From the sequence record ON529855.1: DNA of 64,000 nucleotides. One strand, 5' to 3'. The notes below the pieces were generated by a model, which was not told the origin of the DNA, did no database searches, and saw only the letters and a program-made list of their open reading frames with translations. Position 1 is the first letter of the stretch. The number at the start of each line of letters is the position of its first letter. The position numbers and the translations under genes were made by a program. Positions 11,250 through 22,022 of this stretch are shown piece by piece.

Positions 11250-11531
11250 TTGACGATTCTCGTTCTGGGCGCCCTGGGGCGTCACACCAATCTCCCCGTC
11301 AATGAACGGCCCGAGACCACTTTCACCGCCACCCGCCCTTCCGCTGATCACCTGATCAGCGCCACGGTGTCGGTCCACATCGCCCCGAGCGGCGAAAGCC
11401 CCACGTTCGATCACTTCAAGCTGCCCAAGGGCGTCTATGCGCGGGTTCGCCTGATGAAGGGCGAGACTCTGGGCTTCCTCGTCGGCGACGGCGAGCCCGA
11501 CGGCGTCGTCTCCATCACGGAGGCTGTGTGA
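11250..11531 (+). CDS. hypothetical protein, first gene of the fibre cassette
   Basis: TTG start, no clear RBS; stop overlaps the next start. Confidence 0.6.
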   Translation: MTILVLGALGRHTNLPVNERPETTFTATRPSADHLISATVSVHIAPSGESPTFDHFKLPKGVYARVRLMKGETLGFLVGDGEPDGVVSITEAV

Positions 11532-11929
11532 TGCCCGCTCTCTCCTACTACATGCACAACCGCCTGGTGAACTGGATGAAGGGGGCCTCGTTCGGCTTCC
11601 CGCCCACGGGCCTGCGTTTTGGTCTACTGACGGTCGAGCCCAGCGCCAACGGCCAGGGCGTCGTCGAGCCGCAGTCGTCTATGGGTTATGCGCGCCAGCC
11701 GATCACCCTGACTGACATCGAGCAGGCCAACGGCATCTCTTCGGTCAAGAACGTCCAGCCTCTGGTGTTCGGACCCGCCACCGGCAACTGGCCGGCGCTG
11801 ACCTGGGGCGCGATCTTCGACCAGGACGGCAACCTGCTGCTGCACGGCGCCCTGGCGGCGTCCCGTGTCGCCCCCACGGGAGATTCCATCTCCTTCGGCG
11901 CCGGCGCGATCCAGTTCCGCCTGAAGTAA
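11528..11929 (+). CDS. phage tail-fibre-associated small beta protein
   Basis: GYARQPI...VFGPATGNW...TWGAIFD..GNLL.HGAL...GDSISF pattern common in tail modules. Confidence 0.7.
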   Translation: MMPALSYYMHNRLVNWMKGASFGFPPTGLRFGLLTVEPSANGQGVVEPQSSMGYARQPITLTDIEQANGISSVKNVQPLVFGPATGNWPALTWGAIFDQDGNLLLHGALAASRVAPTGDSISFGAGAIQFRLK

Positions 11930-11930
11930 C

Positions 11931-12302
11931 ATGGCGACGCTTGAGGGTCGTCTGGGCATCAACATCGAGGTGGACCTTGCGCTCGCCTCGGTGATGATCC
12001 GTCGCGGGGCGTGTGAGATGGACGGCTCCGTCGAGGTGAACTTTGTGGGTGAGGTCGGCCGCGCCGCCGCCTTCAGTCCCCTCTTCACTGTCGATGGCGA
12101 CCCGAACTGGTTCAACGCCATCGGCTGGGCCACTGACCGCGCCGGACCCATCACCCACGCCTTCGGCGTCATCGACGACGGCGTCCCGCTCTGCACCGCC
12201 TACGAATTCGATACCGGCCCCGTCGTCTATGCCGAAGGCGGGGGCGGACCCGTCCCTGATCCCGGCGACCTCACCCTTCTTTTCGACAACCGCCTGATCT
12301 AG
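11931..12302 (+). CDS. hypothetical virion-type protein
   Basis: Position in cassette; ends DPGDLTLLFDNRLI. Confidence 0.6.
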   Translation: MATLEGRLGINIEVDLALASVMIRRGACEMDGSVEVNFVGEVGRAAAFSPLFTVDGDPNWFNAIGWATDRAGPITHAFGVIDDGVPLCTAYEFDTGPVVYAEGGGGPVPDPGDLTLLFDNRLI

Positions 12303-12320
12303 TCGGTCCGGAGTTCCCCC

Positions 12321-13124
12321 ATGTCCACGCTTACGGTCCGTCTACAGGACCTCACCACCCGCATCGCCACGGAATGCAAGGCGATCCGCACGTTGATGAA
12401 CGGCAATGCGGCGTCCAACAGCGCCTTGCTGACGACGGCCAAGTCCAACCTCCTGGCGGCGATCAATGAACTGCACACCCGCCTGGCGTCCGCCGAAGGC
12501 GCGCTGGGTGGAAAGGCCACGATCGACGACGAACTGTCGAGTCTGACGACGACCTTCTCGTCGAGCAAGATCAGCAACCTGATCAGCGCCAAGCCGTCGA
12601 TCAACGACAGCGCGGCGTCGGCCACCACCGTCTACTCTTCGTCCAAGACGGTCACGCTGATCGACGCCAAGGCGGCCATCAACGACGCCACGGGCTCGTC
12701 GGCGACCGAGACCTATTCGATCGACAAGATCAAGGCCGAGATCGCCGCCGCCGTCGGCGCCGTGGACGCCGGCGAAGTCATCAATGACGCCCTCTCTTCC
12801 TCGACCACCCGGACCTACTCGATCGACAAGATCAAGTCGGAACTGTCGGCGACCGCCATCGCCGTCAAGGATGAAATCCTGGGCGGCGCCGGCGCGGCCT
12901 ATGATACGCTGAAGGAACTGCAAGACCTGCTGATCGCCGCCGATGGCGACCTGACGGCCTTCAACACCGCGCTCGCCAACCGGGTGCGAACCGACATCAA
13001 CAATCAGAACCTGACGGCGCTCCAGAAACAGAACGCCCGCACCAACATCGACGCCTACGGCTCGCAGGAACTGGGCGACCCCGACACCGACCTCGTGGCG
13101 GTGTTCGTCGCCGCCCTGGTCTAA
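12321..13124 (+). CDS. fibre protein with four I(N/D)D-x5/6-T-x-S-x-x-K repeats
   Basis: TTAKSNLLAAINE, four repeats and DTLKEL..LL motif typical of phage fibres. Confidence 0.7.
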   Translation: MSTLTVRLQDLTTRIATECKAIRTLMNGNAASNSALLTTAKSNLLAAINELHTRLASAEGALGGKATIDDELSSLTTTFSSSKISNLISAKPSINDSAASATTVYSSSKTVTLIDAKAAINDATGSSATETYSIDKIKAEIAAAVGAVDAGEVINDALSSSTTRTYSIDKIKSELSATAIAVKDEILGGAGAAYDTLKELQDLLIAADGDLTAFNTALANRVRTDINNQNLTALQKQNARTNIDAYGSQELGDPDTDLVAVFVAALV

Positions 13125-13127
13125 GCT

Positions 13128-14306
13128 ATGGCGACGCTGATCAACCGCCTGTCGGCGGTGTTGCAACGCGTCGCCGACGAGTTCAACACCGTCGCCACGA
13201 CTCTGTCGGGGAAGGCGGACAAGGCCGACACCTACACCAAGGCTGAAGTCGACGCCTTGTCCGGAGGCGTAGCCGTCTGGACGGCTAAAACGGGAGCCTA
13301 CACGGCCGTGGACGGAGACCGCATTCTTGCGGATACGTCTGAGGCGGCCTGGACGCTGACCCTGCCTGAAGCCGGCGCCTTCGTCGAAGTGGCGGACCCG
13401 ATCGGAGCCTGGGCGTCCAACGCCCTGACTGTGAAACCGGTTGCGGGCGAAGCCCTGCGCGGGGTGGCGGGAGACCTGATTTGCGATCAGCCGGCGAACC
13501 TCCAGTTTCAGAAGCTGTCTGGCGGCGTCTGGCTGGTGAAGAAGATCGCCGTGGTGCCCGGCAAGCCGCCGGTCTCGATCGACCCGCCTGTCATTACGGG
13601 TTCCGCATGGGTGGGCGAAACGCTCACCGCCTCGGCGGGGACCTGGGAGAATGCGCCGACCCAGTTCAGTTGGCGCTGGTATGCGAATGGCGTGGTGATC
13701 GCCGGCGCAACCGCCTCCACCTACACCGTCGCCCAGGCGGATGTCGGCAAAGCGATTTCGGTTCGGGTCACCGCCACCAATGGCGACGGAGCCACCACGG
13801 CTGTATCCGTCGCGACGAGCCAGGTGCCGAAGTCTCAGGCGGACTGGCTGGCCCACATCGCGAGCCGCGCGCCGACCTTCGCGGACCCGAACCGACAGAT
13901 TTCCAACGTCGGCGCCGGCACGTTCCGCTATGTCGGAGGGACGTCGACCGAAACCAGCTACTGGGGCACGCCGTGGCGACCGCTCTATGCGAACGGCTTC
14001 GCCGGAGCCTTGCGTAGCGGTCTCATCCACGGATTCGCTTCGGCGGCCGCCTTCACCGCCCAGAACGGCAAGACGATGCTGTTCGTCTCCCGTCTGCTGG
14101 GCGAGTTTGCGCAGATCGACGGCCACACCCGTAACGGCCTCACCAGCGCCACCCTGACCCAGGCTCAGAACGGCGGGTCCCTGATCATGGGCTTTACGCT
14201 GGATGAAATCTCCTACTGGGACGCCGCGCTCGGCAAGCCGATGACCATGCGGCCGTCCGCCACTTCCAACAACGGCCCGAGCGATTACACGCACGCCGCC
14301 TGGTGA
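13128..14306 (+). CDS. fibre/adhesin with Ig-like domain
   Basis: N-terminus resembles the preceding gene; PPVITG...GETLTASAGTW...WRWY..G..IAGATASTYTV...DVGKAISVRVTATN. Confidence 0.75.
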   Translation: MATLINRLSAVLQRVADEFNTVATTLSGKADKADTYTKAEVDALSGGVAVWTAKTGAYTAVDGDRILADTSEAAWTLTLPEAGAFVEVADPIGAWASNALTVKPVAGEALRGVAGDLICDQPANLQFQKLSGGVWLVKKIAVVPGKPPVSIDPPVITGSAWVGETLTASAGTWENAPTQFSWRWYANGVVIAGATASTYTVAQADVGKAISVRVTATNGDGATTAVSVATSQVPKSQADWLAHIASRAPTFADPNRQISNVGAGTFRYVGGTSTETSYWGTPWRPLYANGFAGALRSGLIHGFASAAAFTAQNGKTMLFVSRLLGEFAQIDGHTRNGLTSATLTQAQNGGSLIMGFTLDEISYWDAALGKPMTMRPSATSNNGPSDYTHAAW

Positions 14307-15229
14307 CCATGACCCTTCTCAGCGAACTCTTCCCTGACGGCTCCAGCGGCGGCTTGCGCCGTGGCGCTCGGATCAGCCTTACCACCTCAACCACGCTCCA
14401 AGTGGCGGACCATGTCGCCCTGGCGCCTCCGGGCTACGGCCTGTGGGGGTGGGACGTCATCTGCATCGGGGCCGGCGGCTCAGGCATGCGTTACTTCGGC
14501 GGTTCCGGCGGCGGCCGAGAACAACGTTTCGTCCCGGTCGCGGAAGTGGGGACGTCGGTGGCGGTCGTGGTCGGCGCCGGCGGCGTCGCCGCGAGCCACA
14601 GCATCGGCTCGCCCGGAGGCGACACCAGCTTTGGCGTCTCGCTCGGGGCGAGCGGCGGCGGCGCCGGGCTAGGGTCAGCGGCGGTCGACGGCATCTTCCC
14701 GGCGCGGACCTCAAAACGACCGCTCGTCGACGTCGGACCGAGCAGCGCGACCGCCTGGGCCAACTATCAGACCGGCTCTCCAGGGACTTCGGCGACTGCG
14801 ACGGTTCCCACGAACGTGTTCGACGGCAGTCGGGGCGGCGGCGGCGGCGTGGGGGCGTCCCAGGCCGGAGGATCGGTCTGGCCTCACCCGAGCGCCATGA
14901 GCACCGTGCGTGCGGCGGGGGGCGGCTTTGGGGGCGTTGATGGCGGCGCCCCTGCTTCAGCCGCCCAACTTGCCCTGGTGCGCGTCCGCGCCGACATCGC
15001 TACAGCGGGGCCAGGCAACCCGTCCACAACGCCAGGCGCGCCCGGCCACCCCGGCGTGGGCGACTATCCGGGCGGCGGCGGCAACGGCAACGCAGGTTCC
15101 GCCGGCAATGCAGCGGGCGACGGCGGCTTTCCGGGCGGCGGCGGCGGCGGCAGCAACGGCACCAGCGGGACCCAGGGCAATGGCGCGGCCGGCGTCGTCT
15201 ACCTCTATCCGATTTTCGAGCCTCTTTGA
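14303..15229 (+). CDS. glycine-rich tail-fibre-like protein
   Basis: ICIGAGGSG, VVVGAGG, GGFPGGGGGG and GNGAAGVVYLY glycine-rich domain motifs. Confidence 0.75.
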   Translation: MTMTLLSELFPDGSSGGLRRGARISLTTSTTLQVADHVALAPPGYGLWGWDVICIGAGGSGMRYFGGSGGGREQRFVPVAEVGTSVAVVVGAGGVAASHSIGSPGGDTSFGVSLGASGGGAGLGSAAVDGIFPARTSKRPLVDVGPSSATAWANYQTGSPGTSATATVPTNVFDGSRGGGGGVGASQAGGSVWPHPSAMSTVRAAGGGFGGVDGGAPASAAQLALVRVRADIATAGPGNPSTTPGAPGHPGVGDYPGGGGNGNAGSAGNAAGDGGFPGGGGGGSNGTSGTQGNGAAGVVYLYPIFEPL

Positions 15230-15714
15230 TGCGCCACGCTCTCATCCGCGACGACCAGGTCGTCAACATCATCCTGTGCGGTCCTGAGTTCCAGCCGCCC
15301 GAAGGCCTCACGCTTGTTGCGTTGGGTGAAGCCGGAACGGCTGCGATCGGCTGGCTCTATGACGGCCAAAGCTTTGCACCCCCGCCCGATGCCGCGCCGG
15401 AGCCGCAAACGCCGGACCTGCGTCCGACCAAGGCGCGCTTCGGCGACCTGTTCACCGATGACGAGCACGCCGCTATGAACCTGATCCGGTGGCAATGCCG
15501 TCAGATGGACGCGGCCGAGCGCGCCATTCCCGGTAACCCGCTGGTCTACGCCGAGACCTTGTTCATCAAGTTCGATCTGCCGGCTGAATTCATTGAACTG
15601 GACCTGCCCATGGTGGCGCAGGGTCTGGGCCTGCTCGGCATGTTGGGTGTGTTCGGCGACCGCGCTGAGACGCGCATTCCCCAGGTCCTGGCGAACGAAG
15701 ACCCGCCGGCCTAA
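15226..15714 (+). CDS. putative fibre assembly/chaperone protein
   Basis: MRHALIRDDQVVNII...AAIGWLYDGQSFAPPP, typical of genes following Gly-rich fibres. Confidence 0.6.
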   Translation: MMRHALIRDDQVVNIILCGPEFQPPEGLTLVALGEAGTAAIGWLYDGQSFAPPPDAAPEPQTPDLRPTKARFGDLFTDDEHAAMNLIRWQCRQMDAAERAIPGNPLVYAETLFIKFDLPAEFIELDLPMVAQGLGLLGMLGVFGDRAETRIPQVLANEDPPA

Positions 15715-18068
15715 GTGATCGGCGGGTCGACCCATTCGCCGAACTTGAAGACGCCAGGGCAGGTCTGCCCGTCTTGACCCTTATGCCGGCGCGGAAAGCG
15801 CTCGGAGCCGTCCCCCTTATGGCGACCCAGGCGCGGCAGGCGGCCATTGGCGGTCTGCTTGCCGCAGACAACACACTGCACGATCAGCCAGATCGCCATC
15901 AGGAGTCCCGGTCAGTCCCCGGCTTGAGCCGCCAGGTGGCGACGGCGCCGTGCCGGGCGCCCCTCAGGGTGTTCCTGCGTTCCGCCTTCTTGGCGTTAAC
16001 CAGCATGCCGAGCATGCCTTGCAGCATCGTCGCGCTGCTGCGGTCGTCCCAGCGGCGGTGCAGGGCCTCGATGTCTTCCCAGTCGTCGGACAGGATGCCG
16101 AGGGCTTCCAGCGCCAGCGGCGGGATCGCGTCCTCGGCCAGACGTCGCGGCGGGCTCGTCGCCTCCCGCAGCGCCTTCTGGTGTTCGGCAGGCAGGCCGT
16201 AGAGCGCGATGAGGCCGTGGCTTAGCATTCGCGCCTGATCGTTCGACAGGTCAAGCGTGAAGCTGCCCAGGCTGATCTCACAGCGCCCGCTGCGATCAAT
16301 CGACATGCCGCAGTCGCCGTGCGGGCGGAAACGCCCTGTAAATCCAGCGGTCATGCCATCTTCCAACGATAGGTCGGCGACCCCGCGCCCGTGGGCTTCG
16401 GGTTCTGCTCAATACGCCCTTCCGCCAGCAGCGTGGCGACCGCGCGATTCAGGCGCGGCGTCGGAATGCCGGCCTCGCCCATGGAATCGTGGATTTGCAG
16501 CGGCGTGCGCCAGAACCCGCGAATGTGCTTCGCGACCGTCTCGACGTCCTGAACGGCGACCGACACCAGGCCCATGCGCTCCAGCCATTCCTTGTAGCGC
16601 AGGTCGCAGGCGGCCTTGGCCTGCTCCACCGTCTTGAACTCGTCGGTGCGGAAGGGCTGGCTGTTGACGTAGTCGTAGACCGTGACCACCTCGCCGACCT
16701 TCTGGATGTCGAACACCGAAGGACCGGCATGACCATCCATGTCCACAGCGCAGCCATGCGCCTCGTTCTTGTGTTCCGATTGCCAGATCAGCGCGCCCAT
16801 ACGGCCCTCCTCGAATGTCGTTGAGGTGGTTGTAAAGGAATGATTTGCGGCTGTCAATCCCACTGGAAGGCGTCCCAGTCGATCGCCAGCCGCGCCGCTT
16901 CCTCTTCCGAGATCGGGTGAGGGTCCGAACAGACCCGATAGGGCTCGCCCTTCAGGGTGACACGGCGGATGTGCCGCCCCTGGTGGCGTTCGTAGGCGCT
17001 GCACAGGCAATCGCCGCGAACTTCGTAAACCTCGACCACAATGCCAGGCTCGATCTTGCGCCGCCGTCGCCGGTTCATCGTCTTAAGGGTCGCCATGTCG
17101 CGCCTCCAGCTTGGTGTTGAGGTCAGCCCAGGCCTGGGCGACGCGACGGTCGCGCTCCCGATCGGTAATGCGCCCTTGGTTCCGCAGCAGGTCTGCGTCC
17201 TCGATCTTCCAGCGGCAATGGCGCTTCAGTTCCGCCTCCGAGGCGACATAGGCGCTCAATCGTCTAGTCCACGCAACGTGAGTTCCGAGAGTGCGCCGCG
17301 CCGCGCCATCGCCGCCCGACAACGGTTCAGGAAGTCGGGGTAGGCGGCGATCTTGTCCCGAGCGCAGTAGAGGATGCGCAGGTAGGTGACGATCTCGTTG
17401 TTGGACATCCGCGTCGGATCGCGCGCGGCGTAGACCTCCGACAGATAGACCCAGTTCTCGGCGTGGGCATGGTCGCTCAGATCGCGCATCAACGCCGTCA
17501 TCAGCGACGTCGACAGGGGCTCGGGGGTCTGGGCGATCGCCCAGCAGCGGTCCGCCGCCGACTGGGTGTGGAGGCAGGCGACCGTACCGCCGCTCGGATC
17601 GTATTCCCCGCCGTGACGGACATGGAATATGTCCCAGATGGCCCGGCCGATCTGCTCAATCTGCGCCTGCTCGTGCGTCAGTTGAGGCTCGGGAGGGCGG
17701 ACCCAATCGGGACCTTGCGGATAGGCTTTTTCGAAATCGGTCCAGGCCTCGGCCGCTTCACGTCGGGCGTCGTCATGGGACAGATAGCCCAGGCGACGCC
17801 GCCTCGCGGCGGTTTCCGCCCGGTATTCGGTCACAGCGCGGGCGTCGTCCTCGGACGTCTCGGCGTCGAAGTAGGGCATAGGGCCTCCGGGTTAGGCGTT
17901 GGCGGCGGACAGGAAATAGCGCTGGGTTTGGTCCAGCCAGAGATGAAACGGCCGTACCGCCGCCTTTACGCCGCCACGCGGGGCCGTCTGGTCGAACAGG
18001 GCTTGTGCGCGGCCGACCTGGTCGGCGGTGACGCCGAGGCGTCGCATCTCAGTCTCAACAGTCGTCAT
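15711..18068 (-). CDS. seven small hypothetical genes
   Basis: 15711-15899, 15899-16354, 16351-16800, 16854-17096, 17083-17259, 17256-17879, 17892-18068. Confidence 0.7.
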
Positions 18069-18090
18069 GGGGCTCCAAGTACGCAGGAGG

Positions 18091-18121
18091 GGAAGAAGGC
18101 GGGCCGCCGGAGCGGCCCGCC
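18091..18121 (-). terminator. intrinsic terminator
   Basis: GGCGGGCCGC-TCCG-GCGGCCCGCC then TTCTTCC. Confidence 0.75.
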
Positions 18122-18129
18122 GTTGTGGA

Positions 18130-19431
18130 TTAGGCGCTTGCCTTGTCCAGGGTCGTCGAGGTGGCATCGCGCGGCTGGAACTTGCCGTCCTCGGCGCGGG
18201 TCATGTTGGCGAGGCGCTCGGCCGGCGAGACCTTGGGCGCCGGCATGCGCAGGTCGGCGCGGGGGAAGGTCAGGCTGCTCGGGACATAGCCCATGATCGC
18301 CAGGTCCTTCTGGGTCGGGCTGGTGATGCCCCGGATCGTCGTCAGCGACTTGTCGACCGCAAAGGCGTTCCAGGCGCGGGCGGCGGCGCCGAAGGCGACG
18401 GACGGATGCACGATGTTGCGGCTGCGCGCGCGCTCCAGCGCCTCCCACTCACGCAGCGTCAGGCGCGGGTCGCCCTTCTCCAGTCCGGCGCCGGTTTCAA
18501 GCGCCTCCAGGAACTCGTCCACCTTCGAACTGAACAGGCCCTTGCTGTCGCCCAGCGCCAGCACGGCGGCGAGCGGACCCTTGGGGAAGCGAATCTTGCG
18601 CTTGGCGACCTTGTCGATGACGCCGTCCAGGACGGGGTTGGCTTCGATGAACTCCAGCAGGGCGACGCGGCCCAGCGGGCCGGTCAGCGACAGGTTGGCC
18701 CCGTAGTTGTGCACGAAGCGTCCGGCGGTCGCCAGCAGGCTGGAGTTCTCCTTGCCCGCCAAGGCGACGACGTCGCCGGCCGAACGGGTCTTGCCGTTGT
18801 CGATCGTGGTGAAGACTTCATCAGCCGCGTCGTAGGCGATCAACATCTTCAGCGTGACGCCGGCGCGGACGATGGCGTGCAGGCGGTGCTGACCGTCCAG
18901 CAGGCGGTTGGTGAGGCTCACCACGATGGTGGCGCCGTTCTGTTGCCAGGACCCGGCGATCATATCTTGCGCGTACTTCCGCACCAACGCTTCCGAGAGC
19001 GGGCGGTTGTGGGTGTTGGCTTTCAGCAGGGCTTCGGCCTCGTCGGGGCCGATCATTTCGAACTGGATACGGGGCTGCATGGGCGCGGGTTGTCCTTTCG
19101 TGGCAGGGGCGGACGAGACCAGGGTCGCGGCCGGAGCAGATGAAGGTGAAGGGATGGACTTGGGGACCACCTTGAGCGCACGCGGTTGAGCGCCTCGGGT
19201 GGAGAAGAGCGGCGTGACGTCGCCGGCGGTTGCGGCTCCGGTCGCAGAGGCGGTCGTTTTACCGGCCTTGCGGTCGGCGCGCACGCGTTCGTAAATATCG
19301 GGAGCCTTGGCTTTCACCATCTGCTGCACGCCTGTGCGGTCGACGTTGAAATGACGCCCAAGTTGGGCGAAGGAGTAGTTGCCCGTCGCGAACATCTTGA
19401 TCGCTTCGTCATGGTTATACTTGGCTTGCAA
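18130..19431 (-). CDS. N-terminal HTH plus ParB/Srx-like domain protein
   Basis: HTH (SFAQLGRHFNVDRTGVQQMV), low-complexity linker, then NRPLS...Y..DM..G.W..NG..I.....LLDGQHRLHAIV. Confidence 0.75.
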   Translation of the reverse strand: MQAKYNHDEAIKMFATGNYSFAQLGRHFNVDRTGVQQMVKAKAPDIYERVRADRKAGKTTASATGAATAGDVTPLFSTRGAQPRALKVVPKSIPSPSSAPAATLVSSAPATKGQPAPMQPRIQFEMIGPDEAEALLKANTHNRPLSEALVRKYAQDMIAGSWQQNGATIVVSLTNRLLDGQHRLHAIVRAGVTLKMLIAYDAADEVFTTIDNGKTRSAGDVVALAGKENSSLLATAGRFVHNYGANLSLTGPLGRVALLEFIEANPVLDGVIDKVAKRKIRFPKGPLAAVLALGDSKGLFSSKVDEFLEALETGAGLEKGDPRLTLREWEALERARSRNIVHPSVAFGAAARAWNAFAVDKSLTTIRGITSPTQKDLAIMGYVPSSLTFPRADLRMPAPKVSPAERLANMTRAEDGKFQPRDATSTTLDKASA

Positions 19432-19432
19432 T

Positions 19433-21815
19433 TCAGAACTCCTGGGTCTTAGGGGGCTTGGAGACGCAGACGCGCCGGGGCTTGACGGGGGTTACGTGGT
19501 CGGGGTGGCGTTTCAGCGCCCGGCCGGGATGGCCCAGACGTCGGAGCGTGGCGTGATTGGCGCGCGAGGAGACCCGTCCGACCGGGAAGGCGCCTTTGAC
19601 CGGGACCACCTTGCCGTAGCAATCGGGGTTCAAAGGGTCGTCGCCATACCACAGGCCCGTGAAAAGGTAGTCCCCCGGCACACGGATCAGGGAGGTCGGA
19701 CGCTCGACGTCCGCCTTGGACAGCGACAAACGCACCCACAGGCGGTCGCTGCGATCTCTCGGGCGGCGGTAGAGCGCGCTCATGCCGGGGCGTCCAGGAT
19801 GGCCGAGAGCGATTCGATCTCGGCGGTCGTCAGGTGCGAAGGCGGGTCCATGTCATCCGCAAGCTTCCGGAGCCGACGCCAGGCCGCCTTGCGACCCTGC
19901 TCGGCGTCGAAGGCGTCTCGGCTCGGCCAGAGTTGGGCGCGATGGCCGAAGTCGGAATCCTGGCGCCCCGAGAAGTCATAGCGGTCCTGGGACCAGGTTG
20001 CCGATTGCACCGTCAACCAGGCGCGACCGATCTTCACGACCTTCGCCTCGGAGGTCTCGATCCCGCGCCGGCCCGGATACGCGATGATCACCGCTTGGCC
20101 TTCGGTCCAGGTGCTTTTATCGAACGTCGGCATCAGCCCTCCCTCGCGTCTGAAGAGATGACGTAAAGGAATGGTTTCCGGCTGTCAACAGTCTCACGCT
20201 GAATATTCGCAACGTCGTAGCCGCTCGCATCGAGCAACGCGTAGGCGATGTCTCCGGCCCTTTCAAGCGGCGCCGCGCCGCTATGGACGAGACCCGCCGC
20301 AATGGCGTTGAGTTGACGCCGGGTGGCGACGGGGGCTGTCATGCGTGTCCTCGCGTGCGAACGGCCTCGCAGACCTCGCTGGCGGGGTCGCCGTCGTTGT
20401 TGCGCCGTCGTTCGCTGGCAGGGTGTTTGCGCCATCCCGACGGCTCGCCCTGGAAGTCCCGCTCGGACCATTCGATCAGGGCGAGCAGCGCGCGGCGGAA
20501 GTCCGCATAGCAGTAGCGGTCGAGATAGCCCGAACGATCGCCCACCTCCCCGATGTGCAGGGTCCAGTGGAAGAGCAGCGGCTTGACCCCGCACCACATG
20601 GCGTCCGGCATGATCAGCGCGGCGGCGTAGCCCTGGCTTTCCAGCCAGGTCAGGAACTCGGCTTCGGCGGCGTCCGGCTTAAGCATCGGGAGAACAGGCT
20701 GCGGCGCAGCGCAGCCCCATCGCCCAGCCGGCGGCGTTCGGGCGGAACCGGGCGATCGGCGAGAGGAAGTCGACGGATTCGCTGAAGTGCGGATCGACCA
20801 CGCCGCGATTGCGATCCACCACCGCCTCAAAGGAATCGGCCTGGAACAACATGATCTTGCGACCCTCGTAGTTGCTGGCGTCCGGATACTGGACCTCGAC
20901 GAGCACGAAGGCGCCGACGCGCAACTGCTGGATCAGGCGGAAGTTCGTAGCGACGGGATTTCCCGCCGCCGCCGCCGCCGGGCGATCGAAGGTGGAGCCG
21001 CTCAACCGGTAGCCGACCCCCATCACGACGCCCTTTCGCTCAGGTAGACGACATTGGAGCCGTCGATCGCGCCCAGCCCCTGGTCGGCGTTGAGCGCACG
21101 TTCGACGCGGCGCTGCGCGTCCAGGCGGAACTGATCGCGATCCGCCGTCGTCACCAGCGGAAGCGTCAAAGGCCCGCCCGTCAAGGCCAGGCCGTGGGAC
21201 CGCGCGGCATCGGCCGCGCCCGTCCGGGAGCCGAAAGCGCCGTAGTGCGGCTGCGCCTTACCGGGGAAGAGCGTGCTTTCACTGACCAGGCGGTATTGGT
21301 GGGGATGGCTGCGGTAGCCGGTAGACTCTTCTATGATCCAGGCTTTGCGCATCTCAGACCGCCTTGCTCTTGGGCCAGTGCCGCAGCACGCCGGCGGCGA
21401 TCTGCTGCCCGCGCGCGGTGAGCGTGGTCTTGCCCGTCAGCAGCCCCAGGCGGATGAGATGGTCGAAGATCGGTTGCAGAGACCCGACTTCGGCCGGCAT
21501 CGGGCGCTCCTGATGCAGACGGATCAGCACCCGGCGATCGTCTTCGTCAAGGGCGCTGTAGATTTGTTGACGTTCGCTGGCGTCGACTTCGCCCGTCTCG
21601 ATCAACGTGGAGTCGATCTCCAACGCGCGCGCCGTCAGCATGTCGGCGATCTCCATCGCGGTATGCATGGCGCTGTTGCGATCCTGCGTGCGGAACGCGG
21701 TGACAAGGCGATGGCCCATCTGCGCAGCCGCCCAGGCCGAGATCACCTTGGGAGAGCCTACAGGCTCCGCCGCCATCACGGTGTCCAGGGGAACTTCGAT
21801 GTCGAACTCTTCCAC
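19433..21815 (-). CDS. seven hypothetical genes
   Basis: 19433-19783, 19780-20133, 20133-20342 (doubtful, overlaps a promoter), 20339-20686, 20679-21026, 21023-21352, 21354-21815. Confidence 0.65.
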
Positions 21816-21903
21816 GCAGCCTCCTATGTGTCGTCGAACCACCGCGTAAAGGAATGAATCCTGACTGTCAACCACCGCCAGTTCTGCTGACGTAGCTTGT
21901 CCG

Positions 21904-21958
21904 TTCACCAGGCGGTGAGTTTTCACCATATGGTGAAACAGGTCGTCAGGGTGAAAAC
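21904..21958. promoter_or_regulatory. tandem palindromic operator-like sites TTCACC-N4-GGTGAR
   Basis: 21904-21919 and the perfect 18-bp palindrome TTTCACCATATGGTGAAA at 21921-21938, plus a half-site at 21950. Confidence 0.6.
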
Positions 21959-22022
21959 GGGAGAGGACTTGCGCGTGCGCCTGCCTGGGATAGGGTGGCG
22001 GACGGCCATGGGAGGCAAGCGC

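Noticed and set aside
12342-14294. 650-aa minus-strand ORF and other long antisense ORFs such as 44458-45342 and 56336-57778
   Set aside because: Shadow ORFs opposite well-supported genes, expected from stop-codon scarcity at high GC; no recognisable domains
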